DNA of 64,000 nt from Anaeromyxobacteraceae bacterium (GTDB taxonomy: Bacteria > Myxococcota > Myxococcia > Myxococcales > Anaeromyxobacteraceae), in NCBI GenBank assembly GCA_032654565.1, contig JAULAX010000009.1:224001-288000 (forward strand), written 5' to 3'. Shown piece after piece: positions 8,220 through 17,591 of this stretch (position 1 is its first letter; the number at the start of each line of letters is the position of its first letter). The notes under the pieces were generated by a model that worked only from the letters and a program-made list of their open reading frames with translations, searched no databases and was not told the origin of the DNA. The translations under genes were made by a program, and so were the position numbers.

Positions 8220-10285
8220 CGGCCCCCGTCAGCCGCGGCGGCCGCGCCGAGACGGTGATGGCCTTCGCCGTCCTCGGCATCCTGGCGCTGCTGGTGGTCC
8301 CGGTCTCGCCGACCGCGCTCGACCTGCTGCTGGCGGTCTCCATCAGCATCGCCGTGCTCATGCTCCTCATCTCGCTCGGCCTCAACCGGGCGCTCGAGTT
8401 CTCCGTCTTCCCGTCCCTGCTGCTGATCGTCACCCTGTTCCGGCTGGCCCTCAACGTGGCCACCACCCGGCTCATCCTCACCCGTGGCGCCGAGGGCCCG
8501 GGGGCGGCCGGTCACCTCATCGAGACCTTCGGCCGCTTCGCCGTGGGCGGCAGCCTGGTGGTCGGGCTGGTCATCTTCCTCATCCTCCTGGTGGTGAACT
8601 TCACGGTCATCACCAAGGGCTCCAACCGCGTCTCCGAGGTCGCCGCCCGCTTCGTGCTCGACGCCATGCCGGGCAAGCAGATGGCCATCGACGCCGACCT
8701 GGCGGCCGGCCTGGTGGACGACCGGCAGGCCCGCAGCCGGCGCGAGACGCTGGAGCGCGAGGCCGAGTTCTTCGGCGCCATGGACGGCGCCAGCAAGTTC
8801 GTCCGCGGCGACGCCATGGCCGGCCTGGCCATCACCGCCATCAACCTGCTGGGCGGCCTCGCCATCGGGATCCTCCGGGACCACATGTCGGTGGCCCAGG
8901 CCGCCGAGACCTACAGCCTGCTGACCGTCGGCGACGGGCTGGTCTCCCAGATCCCCGCCCTGCTGGTCTCCACCGGCGCCGGCATCGTGGTGACCCGCTC
9001 GGCCGGCGCCGACCTCGGCACCCAGGTCAGCGCCCAGATCTTCGGCCGCCCCAGCGTCCTCAAGACCACCGCCCTGGTCCTCATCACCCTCGGCTTCCTC
9101 CCCGGCATGCCCCTGCCGGCCTTTGCGGCCCTCGCGGGGATGCTGCTGGTCGCCGCCCGGCGCGGCGAGGCGGCCGCCTCCGAGACCCGGACCAGGCCGG
9201 CCGCCGAGACCGACACCACCAAGGCCCCGGAGCGGGTCCAGGATCTCCTCGCCGTCGAGACCCTCGAGGTGGAGGTGGGCTACGCCCTCCTGCCGCTCAT
9301 CCAGCTGGAGAAGGGGGGCGAGCTGCCCGGGCGTGTCACGGCGCTGCGCCGCCAGATCGCCTCCGACCTGGGGATCGTCCTGCCCTCGGTCCACCTGCGG
9401 GACAACCTGCGGCTCGACGCCAACGCCTACCGGGTGCTGCTCCGCGGCATCGAGATCGGGAAGGGCTCGGCCTGGAGCGATCGTCTCATGGCGCTCGACC
9501 CGGCCGGCGGCACCCCGTCGCTCGACGGGATCAGGGTCCAGGACCCGGCCTTCGGCCTGCCGGCGGTCTGGATCCCCCAGGCCGGGCGCCAGCGCGCCGA
9601 GGCGCTGGGCCTGACGCTGGTCGACGCGCCCTCGGTCCTCACCACCCATCTCTCCGAGCTGCTGCGGCGCAGCGCCCACGAGCTGGTCGGCCGCCAGGAG
9701 GTGCAGGAGCTCCTCGCCGTGTGCGCCAAGGAGGCCCCCAAGCTGGTCGAGGACGCCGTGCCCGGCGCGGTGAGCCTGGGTGACCTGGTGCGGGTGGTCC
9801 GCGGCCTGCTGCGGGAGGGCGTCTCCGTGCGCGACCTGCGCACCGTCCTGGAGGCCGTCGCCGACGCGGCGCCGCGCAGCAAGGAGACCACCTGGCTGGT
9901 CGATTCATCGCGGCGCCGCCTGGCCCGCCAGATCACCGCCCGCGTGGCCGGCCCCGACGGCACGGTCCGGGCCCTGACGCTCGATCGCTCGCTCGAGGAC
10001 GCCCTGCGCTCCAGCCTGGGGACCTCGGACGGCGAGGTGGCGCTGGCCCCCGACGTCGAGACCGCGCGCCGCCTCATCGCCATGCTGGAGTCCTTCGCGT
10101 CCCGGCTGGTCACCGCGGGGCAGCCGGTGGTGCTGCTGGCTCCTCCCGACCTGCGGCGACCGCTCCACGACTTCGCCTCCCGCTTCGTCCGCGAGCTCTG
10201 GGTGATCACGGCCCGCGAGCTCGTCCCCGGCACCACCATCGAACCGGCCGGCGTCGTCCAGATCGCGCTGCCCGCCGCCGCCTGA
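8216..10285 (+). CDS. flhA: Flagellar export ATPase-platform protein FlhA
   Basis: FSVFPSLLL, EVAARFVLDAMPGKQMAIDADL and FFGAMDGASKFVRGD. Confidence 0.97.
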   Translation: MTAPVSRGGRAETVMAFAVLGILALLVVPVSPTALDLLLAVSISIAVLMLLISLGLNRALEFSVFPSLLLIVTLFRLALNVATTRLILTRGAEGPGAAGHLIETFGRFAVGGSLVVGLVIFLILLVVNFTVITKGSNRVSEVAARFVLDAMPGKQMAIDADLAAGLVDDRQARSRRETLEREAEFFGAMDGASKFVRGDAMAGLAITAINLLGGLAIGILRDHMSVAQAAETYSLLTVGDGLVSQIPALLVSTGAGIVVTRSAGADLGTQVSAQIFGRPSVLKTTALVLITLGFLPGMPLPAFAALAGMLLVAARRGEAAASETRTRPAAETDTTKAPERVQDLLAVETLEVEVGYALLPLIQLEKGGELPGRVTALRRQIASDLGIVLPSVHLRDNLRLDANAYRVLLRGIEIGKGSAWSDRLMALDPAGGTPSLDGIRVQDPAFGLPAVWIPQAGRQRAEALGLTLVDAPSVLTTHLSELLRRSAHELVGRQEVQELLAVCAKEAPKLVEDAVPGAVSLGDLVRVVRGLLREGVSVRDLRTVLEAVADAAPRSKETTWLVDSSRRRLARQITARVAGPDGTVRALTLDRSLEDALRSSLGTSDGEVALAPDVETARRLIAMLESFASRLVTAGQPVVLLAPPDLRRPLHDFASRFVRELWVITARELVPGTTIEPAGVVQIALPAAA

Positions 10286-10317
10286 ACCCCGACCTGCTCA
10301 AAGGAGATCCCACCACC

Positions 10318-11472
10318 ATGAACTCCAACGTCCAGACCTTCCGCGGCGCCGACTCCGCGGCCGCGCTCAGCGCCGCCCGGAAGGCGCTCGGCCCGGATGC
10401 GGTGGTGCTCGACACCCGCTCCGTCCCCGGGTCCTTGCTCCGGGGGCCGCAGGTCGAGGTGGTGGTCGGCGTCGGCCTGGGCGGCGCGCCCTCTCCGTCG
10501 GGCCAGCCACCTCACCGGTCGACCCCGCCACAGGCCCGGCCTGCCCCGGCCGCGCCCCGGCCTCCCCGCCCGGCCGACCAGGAGCTCTCCTCGGAGATGC
10601 GCGGCCTGCTGCGGGAGATCGGCGAGGTCCGTGCCTCGCTCGGCGGCTTGGTCCGCGGCGGCCGGGCCGCCCGCGAGCTGGAGCTGCCGCCGGCGGCCGC
10701 CGAGACCTACGCCCGGCTGATCACGCGCGGCGTGGAGCCGTACTACGCCGAGGAGCTGGTTCGCCAGGTCCTGGCCGCGAACCCGCTGGCCGGCGTGGCC
10801 CAGGGCGTCCATGACCTGGTGGAGAGCTTCATGCTCCCCTGCCGGGCTCCCTGGCTCCACGACCAGCGGCAGGTGGTGGCCCTGGTGGGCCCGACCGGCG
10901 TCGGCAAGACCACCACCCTGGCCAAGATCGCGGCGCGGGCCATCCTCGAGACCCGCAAGAAGGTGGCCCTCCTGACGGTCGACGTCTACCGGATCGGCGC
11001 GCAGGAGCAGCTGTCCCGGTACGGGGAGATCATGAACGTCCCGGTGCTGGTGGCGCGCGACCGCGCCGAGCTGGGGCGGGCGGCCGAGCGGGTGCGAGAC
11101 GCCGACCTGGTGCTGGTCGACACCGCCGGACGGTCGACGAACCAGGACCTGGAGCGACAGGCCGAGCTGGTCCGCTCCCTGCCGGGCGTGATCCTCCACC
11201 TGGTGGTGAGCGCGGCGGCCGGCCACCAGCAGCTCGCCGCGGTCGCCGAGGCCTATGGCTCGCTGCGCCCCGACCGGGTGGTCTTCACCAAGGTCGACGA
11301 GGCGGCCGGGCCGGGCGCCCTCCTCTCCCTGGCCATGCGCCTGCGCCGCCCGGTGGCCTGCCTCACCAACGGCCAGAGCGTCCCCGAGGACCTCCACGCC
11401 ACCGACGGGCGGCAGCTCGCCGACCTGATCGCCGGCCCCGTCGAAGGCCCACCCGCAGCCCGTCGTCGCTGA
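10318..11472 (+). CDS. flhF: Flagellar SRP-family GTPase FlhF
   Basis: GPTGVGKTTTLAK, DTAGR, TKVDE and GQSVPEDL. Confidence 0.93.
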   Translation: MNSNVQTFRGADSAAALSAARKALGPDAVVLDTRSVPGSLLRGPQVEVVVGVGLGGAPSPSGQPPHRSTPPQARPAPAAPRPPRPADQELSSEMRGLLREIGEVRASLGGLVRGGRAARELELPPAAAETYARLITRGVEPYYAEELVRQVLAANPLAGVAQGVHDLVESFMLPCRAPWLHDQRQVVALVGPTGVGKTTTLAKIAARAILETRKKVALLTVDVYRIGAQEQLSRYGEIMNVPVLVARDRAELGRAAERVRDADLVLVDTAGRSTNQDLERQAELVRSLPGVILHLVVSAAAGHQQLAAVAEAYGSLRPDRVVFTKVDEAAGPGALLSLAMRLRRPVACLTNGQSVPEDLHATDGRQLADLIAGPVEGPPAARRR

Positions 11473-11484
11473 CAGGAGCCTCTC

Positions 11485-12354
11485 GTGGACCAGGCAGAAA
11501 CGCTCCGAGACCTCCTGGGACGCCCCGCCGGCCCGTGCGGCCTGATGCGGGTGGTGGCCGTGACCAGCGGCAAGGGCGGCGTCGGCAAGACCAACGTCTC
11601 GGTCAACCTGGCCGCGTCGGCCGCCCTGCTGGGCCAGCGCGTGCTCCTCATCGACGCCGACCTCGGCCTGGCCAACTCGCACATCCTCCTGGGCGCCACG
11701 CCGCGCTACCACCTCGGCCAGGTGCTCGACGGCACGGTGGGGCTCGACGACGCCCTCGAGCCGGGGCCCCACGGCATCCGCGTGCTCTCCGCCTCCAGCG
11801 GCGAGCAGGAGCTGACCAGGCTGAGCGACGCCCAGAAGCACCACCTCCTGGCGTCGCTGGATCCCCTCGACGACCGCTTCGACCTGGTGATCGTCGACTG
11901 CGGCGCGGGCATCGGCGACAACGTGGTCTTCTTCGCCGGGGCCGCCCAGATGACGCTCCTGGTGGTCACGCCCGAGCCGACCTCGCTGACCGACGCCTAC
12001 GCGGCGGTGAAGGTGCTCTCGCAGCGGGGCGGGGTCCGTCACTTCACGGTGGTGGTGAACTGGGCCGTCGACGATCGCCAGGGGCGCGACGTCTTCCAGA
12101 AGCTGGTGCGGGTCACCGATCTCTTCCTCCAGGCCAAGATGAGCTACGGCGGCAGCGTGCCCCGCGACGAGAACGTGCAGCGCGCGGTGATGGCGCAGCA
12201 GCCCATCGTCGACCTCTACCCCCAGTCACCGGCCAGCCGGTCGCTGGGCACCATGGCCCGCGCCCTCCTGGCCTGGACCCCTCCCCCGACCGTGGACGGC
12301 GGCCTGAAGCTGATGTGGCAGCGGATGCTTCGGGACCAGCGTTCCACGGCCTGA
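11485..12354 (+). CDS. flhG: MinD-like flagellar number regulator FlhG/FleN
   Basis: SGKGGVGKT, DADLGLAN and PEPTSLTDAY; follows flhF. Confidence 0.93.
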   Translation: MDQAETLRDLLGRPAGPCGLMRVVAVTSGKGGVGKTNVSVNLAASAALLGQRVLLIDADLGLANSHILLGATPRYHLGQVLDGTVGLDDALEPGPHGIRVLSASSGEQELTRLSDAQKHHLLASLDPLDDRFDLVIVDCGAGIGDNVVFFAGAAQMTLLVVTPEPTSLTDAYAAVKVLSQRGGVRHFTVVVNWAVDDRQGRDVFQKLVRVTDLFLQAKMSYGGSVPRDENVQRAVMAQQPIVDLYPQSPASRSLGTMARALLAWTPPPTVDGGLKLMWQRMLRDQRSTA

Positions 12355-12368
12355 TCGAGGTGGAGAAC

Positions 12369-13055
12369 ATGACCGGCGCTCACGCACGCTACATCCCGAG
12401 CCCAGAAGACAGCGAGGCGGCGATCCTGAAGCGCCACGGGTCGCTGGTGGACCGCATCGCCCGCCGCTACGCCACGCGCTCCGGCCACGCCGTCTCGGCC
12501 GACGACCTCTGGTCGGCCGGGGCCCTGGGGCTCATCGACGCCGCCCGTCGCTTCGACCCGGCCCGCGACATCCGCTTCGAGACCTTCGCCGAGCACCGGG
12601 TCCGCGGCGCCATCGTCGACGAGCTGCGGAGGATGGACCACCTGCCGCGGCGGCTGCGCGGAGAGGTGGAGCGGGTGATGAAGGCCCGCGCCAAGCTGGC
12701 GCAGAGCCTGGGCCGCGAGCCGGGCACCGACGAGGTCGCCGATGCGGTGGGGCTCGAGGCCGAGGAGACCGAGGGGCTCTTCGCGCTCTCCATGCCCCAG
12801 CTCCAGCTCCTGCCCGACCTGCCGGACCAGCTGGAGGCGCCCGTCGACCGCCTCGAGCAGGAGGAGATCCGGACCCGGCTCGCCGATGCCGTGGCCCGCC
12901 TCCCCGACCGGCTCCGCACCTTGCTCGGCCTCCACTACCAGGAGGAGCTCACCTATCGGGAGATCGCTCGGATCATGGACATCTCCCAGCCGCGCGTGTG
13001 CCAGCTCCACGCCGAGGCGGTCGCCCAGCTGAAGAAGCTCCTGGCGACGCGCTGA
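12369..13055 (+). CDS. fliA: RNA polymerase sigma-28 factor FliA
   Basis: GLIDAARRFDP, FETFAEHRVRGAIVDELR and ELTYREIARIMDISQPRVCQLH; ATG after SD GAGGTGGAG. Confidence 0.92.
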   Translation: MTGAHARYIPSPEDSEAAILKRHGSLVDRIARRYATRSGHAVSADDLWSAGALGLIDAARRFDPARDIRFETFAEHRVRGAIVDELRRMDHLPRRLRGEVERVMKARAKLAQSLGREPGTDEVADAVGLEAEETEGLFALSMPQLQLLPDLPDQLEAPVDRLEQEEIRTRLADAVARLPDRLRTLLGLHYQEELTYREIARIMDISQPRVCQLHAEAVAQLKKLLATR

Positions 13056-13067
13056 TCCTGCGCCAGG

Positions 13068-14630
13068 TCAGAGCGCGCCCACCCAGCGGGACAGTCCAGG
13101 GCAGGCCCGCTCGGCGGTCGGCGAGGCGAGCCGCTCGAGGAGGTCGCCCTGCCCGGAGGCCCGGAGCCTCGCCGCCACGCTTCGCAGGCGGTCGAGGTCC
13201 ACGGGCGCGCCGCGATCGACCGGGGCCACGGCGCGATCCTCCAGCAGCGCCTCGAGCAGGGCGGCGAAGTCCGGCGGCGGGTCGCCGGCCAGCGCCCTGG
13301 CGCGCGCGGCGCGGTGGGGTGCGATCAGCCCGGTCCCCAGGCGGCGTGCCGCGGCCGCCAGGAGCTCGCGGGCCCCGGGAGCGTCGCCCGCCGCGGTGGC
13401 CGCCGCGGCCGCCAGGATCCAGCCGTCCGGCCTTGGCCCGAGCAGCGGCTCGACGGCCTGCAGCGCACCGCGCGGGTCGCCGGCGTCGAGCCGCGCCTCC
13501 ACCGCGCCGAGCCGCGCCTCCGTCGGATCCGGCGCCTCCGCCGCCGCCGCCTCGAACTCGGCCCGGGCCGCGATCGGCTCGCCGAGGCGCAGCAGGGCGG
13601 TCCCGAGGCGGACCCGCGCCGCCCAGCCCGCCGAACCCTGGACCAGCTGCCGGGCGTCCTCGGCGGGCCGGGGGGCCACCGCCCCCCGGTAGCAGGCCAC
13701 CGCCGCGCCGAGGCGATCGCGCGACGGCCGCCCGGCCAGCCGCAGCGAGTCGAGCTCCAGGGCGCAGCCCTGCAGGTAGCCCAGGTCGCTGGTCGATCCC
13801 TCGAGCCGTGCGGCCGTCTCGGCCGTCTCCTGGACCCTGGAGGTCTCTCCCAGGATGCTCGCCGCCTGGGCCCGCACCACGGCGAGCAGGTGGATGGAGC
13901 GCCAGGCCGGCTGCCGTCCCAGGAGGCCCCAGCCCCGCTCCGCCACCGCGGCCGCCTCGGCGACGCGCCCGCCCTCGAGGAGCTCGGCCGCGAGGAGCGC
14001 CAGGGGGGTCAGCGACTCCGGCTCCAGCGCGCAGCGGCGCTCCAGCAGCCTGAGGTTCCGCTCCGACTTCCCCCGCGCCACCCGCAGCTCGGGGATGGCA
14101 CCGAGGTGGATGATGTCGGCCGCGACGTCGATCGCCAGGGCGCCGCGCTCGGCGAGCCACTCGTCGACGGTCTCGTGCACCACGCCCCGGTAGCGCAGCC
14201 CGGGCCGGCGGCGGAAGAGCCGCGGCAAGCGCAGCGGATCGCCCCGCCTGGCCAGCCCGGAGAGGACCTCGGCCGCGCTGGCGTCCTCCCGGGCGGCGTC
14301 GTGGAGCCGCACCATGCCCAGGTCGGCCTTGCTCCGCATGGCCGCACGCAGCCCCGCCGCGGCGCCCGGGGCCAACCGCTCGTCGGCGTCGAGCTGCAGC
14401 ACCCAGTCGCCGCGGGCGCACTCCAGCGCCAGGTTCCTCGGCGCCGAGAAGTCGTCGGCCCACGGCAGCCGCTCCAGGCGAGCGCCGCTGCGCTCGGCGA
14501 TGGAGGGCGTCGCGTCGGTGGAGCCGGTGTCGACGATCACCACCTCGTCGACCACGCCGGCCACGGAGGCCAGGCAGCCCGGCAGGAACCGCGCCTCGTC
14601 CTTCACGATCATGCAGAGGGAGAGGCGCAT
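13068..14630 (-). CDS. GT2 glycosyltransferase with C-terminal TPR-like helical region
   Basis: RLSLCMIVKDE, VDTGSTD, WADDFSAPRN, LDADE (DxD) and YRGVVHE. Confidence 0.85.
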   Translation of the reverse strand: MRLSLCMIVKDEARFLPGCLASVAGVVDEVVIVDTGSTDATPSIAERSGARLERLPWADDFSAPRNLALECARGDWVLQLDADERLAPGAAAGLRAAMRSKADLGMVRLHDAAREDASAAEVLSGLARRGDPLRLPRLFRRRPGLRYRGVVHETVDEWLAERGALAIDVAADIIHLGAIPELRVARGKSERNLRLLERRCALEPESLTPLALLAAELLEGGRVAEAAAVAERGWGLLGRQPAWRSIHLLAVVRAQAASILGETSRVQETAETAARLEGSTSDLGYLQGCALELDSLRLAGRPSRDRLGAAVACYRGAVAPRPAEDARQLVQGSAGWAARVRLGTALLRLGEPIAARAEFEAAAAEAPDPTEARLGAVEARLDAGDPRGALQAVEPLLGPRPDGWILAAAAATAAGDAPGARELLAAAARRLGTGLIAPHRAARARALAGDPPPDFAALLEALLEDRAVAPVDRGAPVDLDRLRSVAARLRASGQGDLLERLASPTAERACPGLSRWVGAL

Positions 14631-14634
14631 CCCG

Positions 14635-16044
14635 TCATCCGGTGGGAGGCGGTGGCGGTCCGGGGGCCGGGCGGGCCCGCGCCTCCAGCAGCGCCAGGTG
14701 TCGCTCGGCCCGGTGCGAGGCCACGAAGCCGGCCCCGACCCGCTCGGCCGCCCGATCGAGGAGGACCGCGGCGTCCCGGGAGGCACCGAGCGCGGTGGCG
14801 GCGGCGGCGGCCAGCACCCAGCCGTCCGGGACGTCCCCATGAAGGCGGAGCACCGGCTCCAGCCTGGACAGGGAACGCCCGGGATCGGCCGTCTCGAGGA
14901 GGGCCTCGGCCTCTCCGAGCAGCGCCTCGCGGCTTCCGGGCTCATCCTGGAGCGCAGCGCGGAAGAGCGTGAGCGCCTCGGCGGCGCGGCCGAGCTGGAG
15001 CTGGACGGTCCCGAGCCGGATCCGCGCGAACCAGCCGCCCGACCCGCCGATGCAGACCCGCTCCTGCCTGGTGGGCTCGGTCGACAGGGCCTGGCGATAG
15101 CCCTCCGCGGCGGCCTCGAGCCGGTCCGCCCGCTCCCGGCCGGTGTGGGGGTGCGCCGACAGCTCGCGGGCCAGGCCACGGAGCAGCGCGCTGTCGCTGC
15201 GCAGCCCTTCCCGGCCGATCAGCACCTCCAGCGTCTCCGACATCCCGGCGTGGTCTCCACGTCGCGCCTGGCAGAGCGCCCTGGCGACGCCGAGCAGGTG
15301 CGCCGAGCGATGTGGCGGCTGCCGGCCCAGGACCTTCCAGCCCGCCTCGGCGGCCGCCCTGGCCTCGACGATCCGCCCCGCCTCCCAGTGCTCCATGGCC
15401 AGGAAGCCGAAGGGGGTGATGGAGCCCGGCTCCTCGAGGCAGCGCCGCTCCAGCAGCGCCGTGTTGCGCGCCCGCTTCCCGAGCGTGGCGCGCCGCTCCG
15501 GGACCGCGCCGAGGTGGACCAGGTCGGCGCCGATCACGTCGAGGCGCATCCCCCGCCCGGCCAGCCAGGCCTCGACGCTCTCGTGGACGATCCCCCGGTA
15601 GGCGAGGTCGGGGGTGCGCCGCATCAACCTCGGCACCACCGAGGGAGCGCCGATCCGCTCCGTCCCTGCCACCACCTCCAGCAGCGGCGCGTCGACGCGC
15701 CGGGCATCGTGGAGTCGGAGCATGCCGAGATCGAGGTCCTCCCGGGCCATGGCGGCGCGGAGCCCGCCGGCGGATCCGGGGGCCAGCCGCTCGTCGGCGT
15801 CCAGCTGCAGGACCCAGTCGCCGGTGGCGTGGCGCAGCGCCTCGTTGCGCGGGGCCGCGAAGTCGTCGTCCCAGGGGCGGTCCACCACCAGGGCCCCGGC
15901 GCGGCGCGCCACCTCGCGGGTCCCGTCCACCGACCCGGTGTCGACCACGATGAGCTCGTCGACCACGCCGGCCACCGACGCCAGGCAGGCGGGGAGCAGC
16001 TCCTCCTCGTCGCGGACGATCATGCAGAGCGAGAGCCGGGCCAT
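14635..16044 (-). CDS. GT2 glycosyltransferase with TPR-like region (tandem paralogue)
   Basis: RLSLCMIVRDE, VDTGSVD, WDDDFAAPRN and LDADE; similar along its length to the neighbouring gene. Confidence 0.85.
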   Translation of the reverse strand: MARLSLCMIVRDEEELLPACLASVAGVVDELIVVDTGSVDGTREVARRAGALVVDRPWDDDFAAPRNEALRHATGDWVLQLDADERLAPGSAGGLRAAMAREDLDLGMLRLHDARRVDAPLLEVVAGTERIGAPSVVPRLMRRTPDLAYRGIVHESVEAWLAGRGMRLDVIGADLVHLGAVPERRATLGKRARNTALLERRCLEEPGSITPFGFLAMEHWEAGRIVEARAAAEAGWKVLGRQPPHRSAHLLGVARALCQARRGDHAGMSETLEVLIGREGLRSDSALLRGLARELSAHPHTGRERADRLEAAAEGYRQALSTEPTRQERVCIGGSGGWFARIRLGTVQLQLGRAAEALTLFRAALQDEPGSREALLGEAEALLETADPGRSLSRLEPVLRLHGDVPDGWVLAAAAATALGASRDAAVLLDRAAERVGAGFVASHRAERHLALLEARARPAPGPPPPPTG

Positions 16045-16056
16045 CCCCGATGGACT

Positions 16057-16072
16057 AGCAACAGTGATGCCG
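16057..16072 (-). promoter_or_regulatory. sigma54 -24/-12 promoter for the GT2 pair
   Basis: Minus strand reads CGGCATCACTGTTGCT, canonical spacing. Confidence 0.65.
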
Positions 16073-16188
16073 ACGGCGGCCGGGCCCCTCCTGGCCGGCC
16101 AGCCCCTCCCCGGGTCCCCCGGGGGCCCCGCCTGGGGGCCACCGAGACGCCGGAACCCTGACGCATCGCCAGCGAACCTGCCGCGAGC

Positions 16189-16202
16189 GTCAGCCGCCTG
16201 AC
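16189..16202. promoter_or_regulatory. GTCA-N6-TGAC box overlapping the fliJ stop codon
   Basis: GTCAGCCGCCTGAC, about 125 bp upstream of the 16057-16072 promoter; degenerate copy GCCGGAACCCTGAC at 16149-16162. Confidence 0.45.
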
Positions 16203-16624
16203 ACCCGCACCCGCTCGAACCCGATGGTCCCCAGCTCGTCGAGCCGCTTCAGCTCCAGCCTGGCCTTCACCCTGTCCTGCTCGTCACGCTTCCGATCGGC
16301 GATGCGGCGCACCGATTCGGCGTCGCGGTGGGCCTTGCCGTACCCATCCCGGGCGACGGCTTCGCCGGCGGCGGCCCGCGAGACGTCGAGGCGGGCGCTG
16401 CTGGCGACCTGGAGGGCACGCCGGTGGGCCGCCTCCTCGACCACCCAGAAGGCCGAGTCGTCCTGGTCGCGGTAGTCGGCACGTGAGTCCCTGATGGCGC
16501 CCGCGAGCCGATCCTGGGCGAGGCCGAGGACCTGCCGGGCCGTCGCCAGCAGGTTGAGCGCGCCATCTTCGGTGCGTTGGCGGAGCCAGACGACGCGGTC
16601 GAGTCGGGTCTTGGAAGCGGCCAT
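16190..16624 (-). CDS. fliJ: Flagellar export chaperone FliJ-like protein
   Basis: 144-aa coiled coil; N-terminal RLDRVVWLRQRTED and C-terminal ELKRLDELG, typical of FliJ; SD GAGAGG. Confidence 0.7.
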   Translation of the reverse strand: MAASKTRLDRVVWLRQRTEDGALNLLATARQVLGLAQDRLAGAIRDSRADYRDQDDSAFWVVEEAAHRRALQVASSARLDVSRAAAGEAVARDGYGKAHRDAESVRRIADRKRDEQDRVKARLELKRLDELGTIGFERVRVSGG

Positions 16625-16660
16625 GTCGAGCCTCTCGTCACGTTCGGCCGGAGCGAATAC

Positions 16661-16697
16661 CCGGCACGTCCTGCCGCTCACCCGGAAGATCCTGCCG
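16661..16697. promoter_or_regulatory. Tandem enhancer-like repeat CCGG(C/A)A-N2-TCCTGCCG upstream of flgF
   Basis: CCGGCACGTCCTGCCG and CCGGAAGATCCTGCCG, 21 bp apart, 90-125 bp upstream of a sigma54 promoter. Confidence 0.45.
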
Positions 16698-16784
16698 GGT
16701 CTCCTCCCCCCCCCGGCGCGCGACGCCGGAGAGGAGGGGCCCAGCCCCAGCGAAGGACCGTTGCAATTCGTGCGCCTCGCGATC

Positions 16785-16800
16785 TGGCCCGGGGCTTGCT
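16785..16800 (+). promoter_or_regulatory. sigma54 -24/-12 promoter of the flgF operon
   Basis: TGGCCCGGGGCTTGCT, followed by SD GGAGGA and ATG 16834. Confidence 0.7.
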
Positions 16801-16833
16801 CATGTCCCCAAGCGAGTCACGGGAGGAATCACC

Positions 16834-17574
16834 ATGGCGGACGGGATCTACGTGAGCATGTGCGGCGCCGTCGCACGCACCGAGCAGCTCGAGTCGGTGG
16901 CCGACAACCTGGCCAACCTCCAGACCCGTGGGTTCAAGGCGTCCCGCCCCTCCTTCGAGACCTTCCTTCCGGCGGCCGGCACGTACGACAAGGCCTACCC
17001 GGCCGCGACGGCGGCCGTGGTCGACCTCCGGCCCGGTCCCGTCTCCACGACCGGCAACGCGCTCGACGTGGTTCCGCAGGACGGCGCCTACCTCGCCGTA
17101 CATGGCCCCGGTGGCCTGGTGAACTTCACCCGCGACGGTCACCTCGGGCTCGACGAGACCCGGCGCCTGGTCGTCGGAGGCCGCCCGGTGCTCGGCCGCG
17201 GCGGGCAGCCCATCACCGTGCCGAGCGGCTACGTGCCGGAGATCCTTCCCAACGGGACCGTGCGCGGCGTCCTCTCGGGGACCGGGGACCGGAACGGCCT
17301 GCCCGAGGAGATGGTGCTGGGCGAGCTCGCCACCTTCCGGCTGGGCGGGGCCGTCGAGCGGACGGGACCAGCCATGCTCCGGCCCGGTGCGGGCGGAGGG
17401 GTCTCCGAGCTCCAGGAGACCAGGCTCAGGATCGGCGAGATCGAGCTCGGCAACGCCTCGCCGCTGGAGACCACGGTGCTGATGATCAGCGCCCAGCGGA
17501 ACTTCGACGCGTCGATGCAGGCGCTGCAGACCTACCGCTCCATGAATGGCGCCGAGCTCGGCCGCACCCGCTGA
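16834..17574 (+). CDS. flgF: Flagellar basal-body rod protein FlgF
   Basis: ADNLANLQTRGFK, TGNALDV, FTRDG and MISAQRNFD. Confidence 0.85.
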   Translation: MADGIYVSMCGAVARTEQLESVADNLANLQTRGFKASRPSFETFLPAAGTYDKAYPAATAAVVDLRPGPVSTTGNALDVVPQDGAYLAVHGPGGLVNFTRDGHLGLDETRRLVVGGRPVLGRGGQPITVPSGYVPEILPNGTVRGVLSGTGDRNGLPEEMVLGELATFRLGGAVERTGPAMLRPGAGGGVSELQETRLRIGEIELGNASPLETTVLMISAQRNFDASMQALQTYRSMNGAELGRTR

Positions 17575-17591
17575 TCACAAGGAGACGCACC

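Noticed and set aside
14631..15179. N-terminal extension of the 703-aa ORF 13068-15179
   Set aside because: It overlaps the neighbouring GT2 gene in another frame; the homologous start MRLSLCMIV is at 14630.
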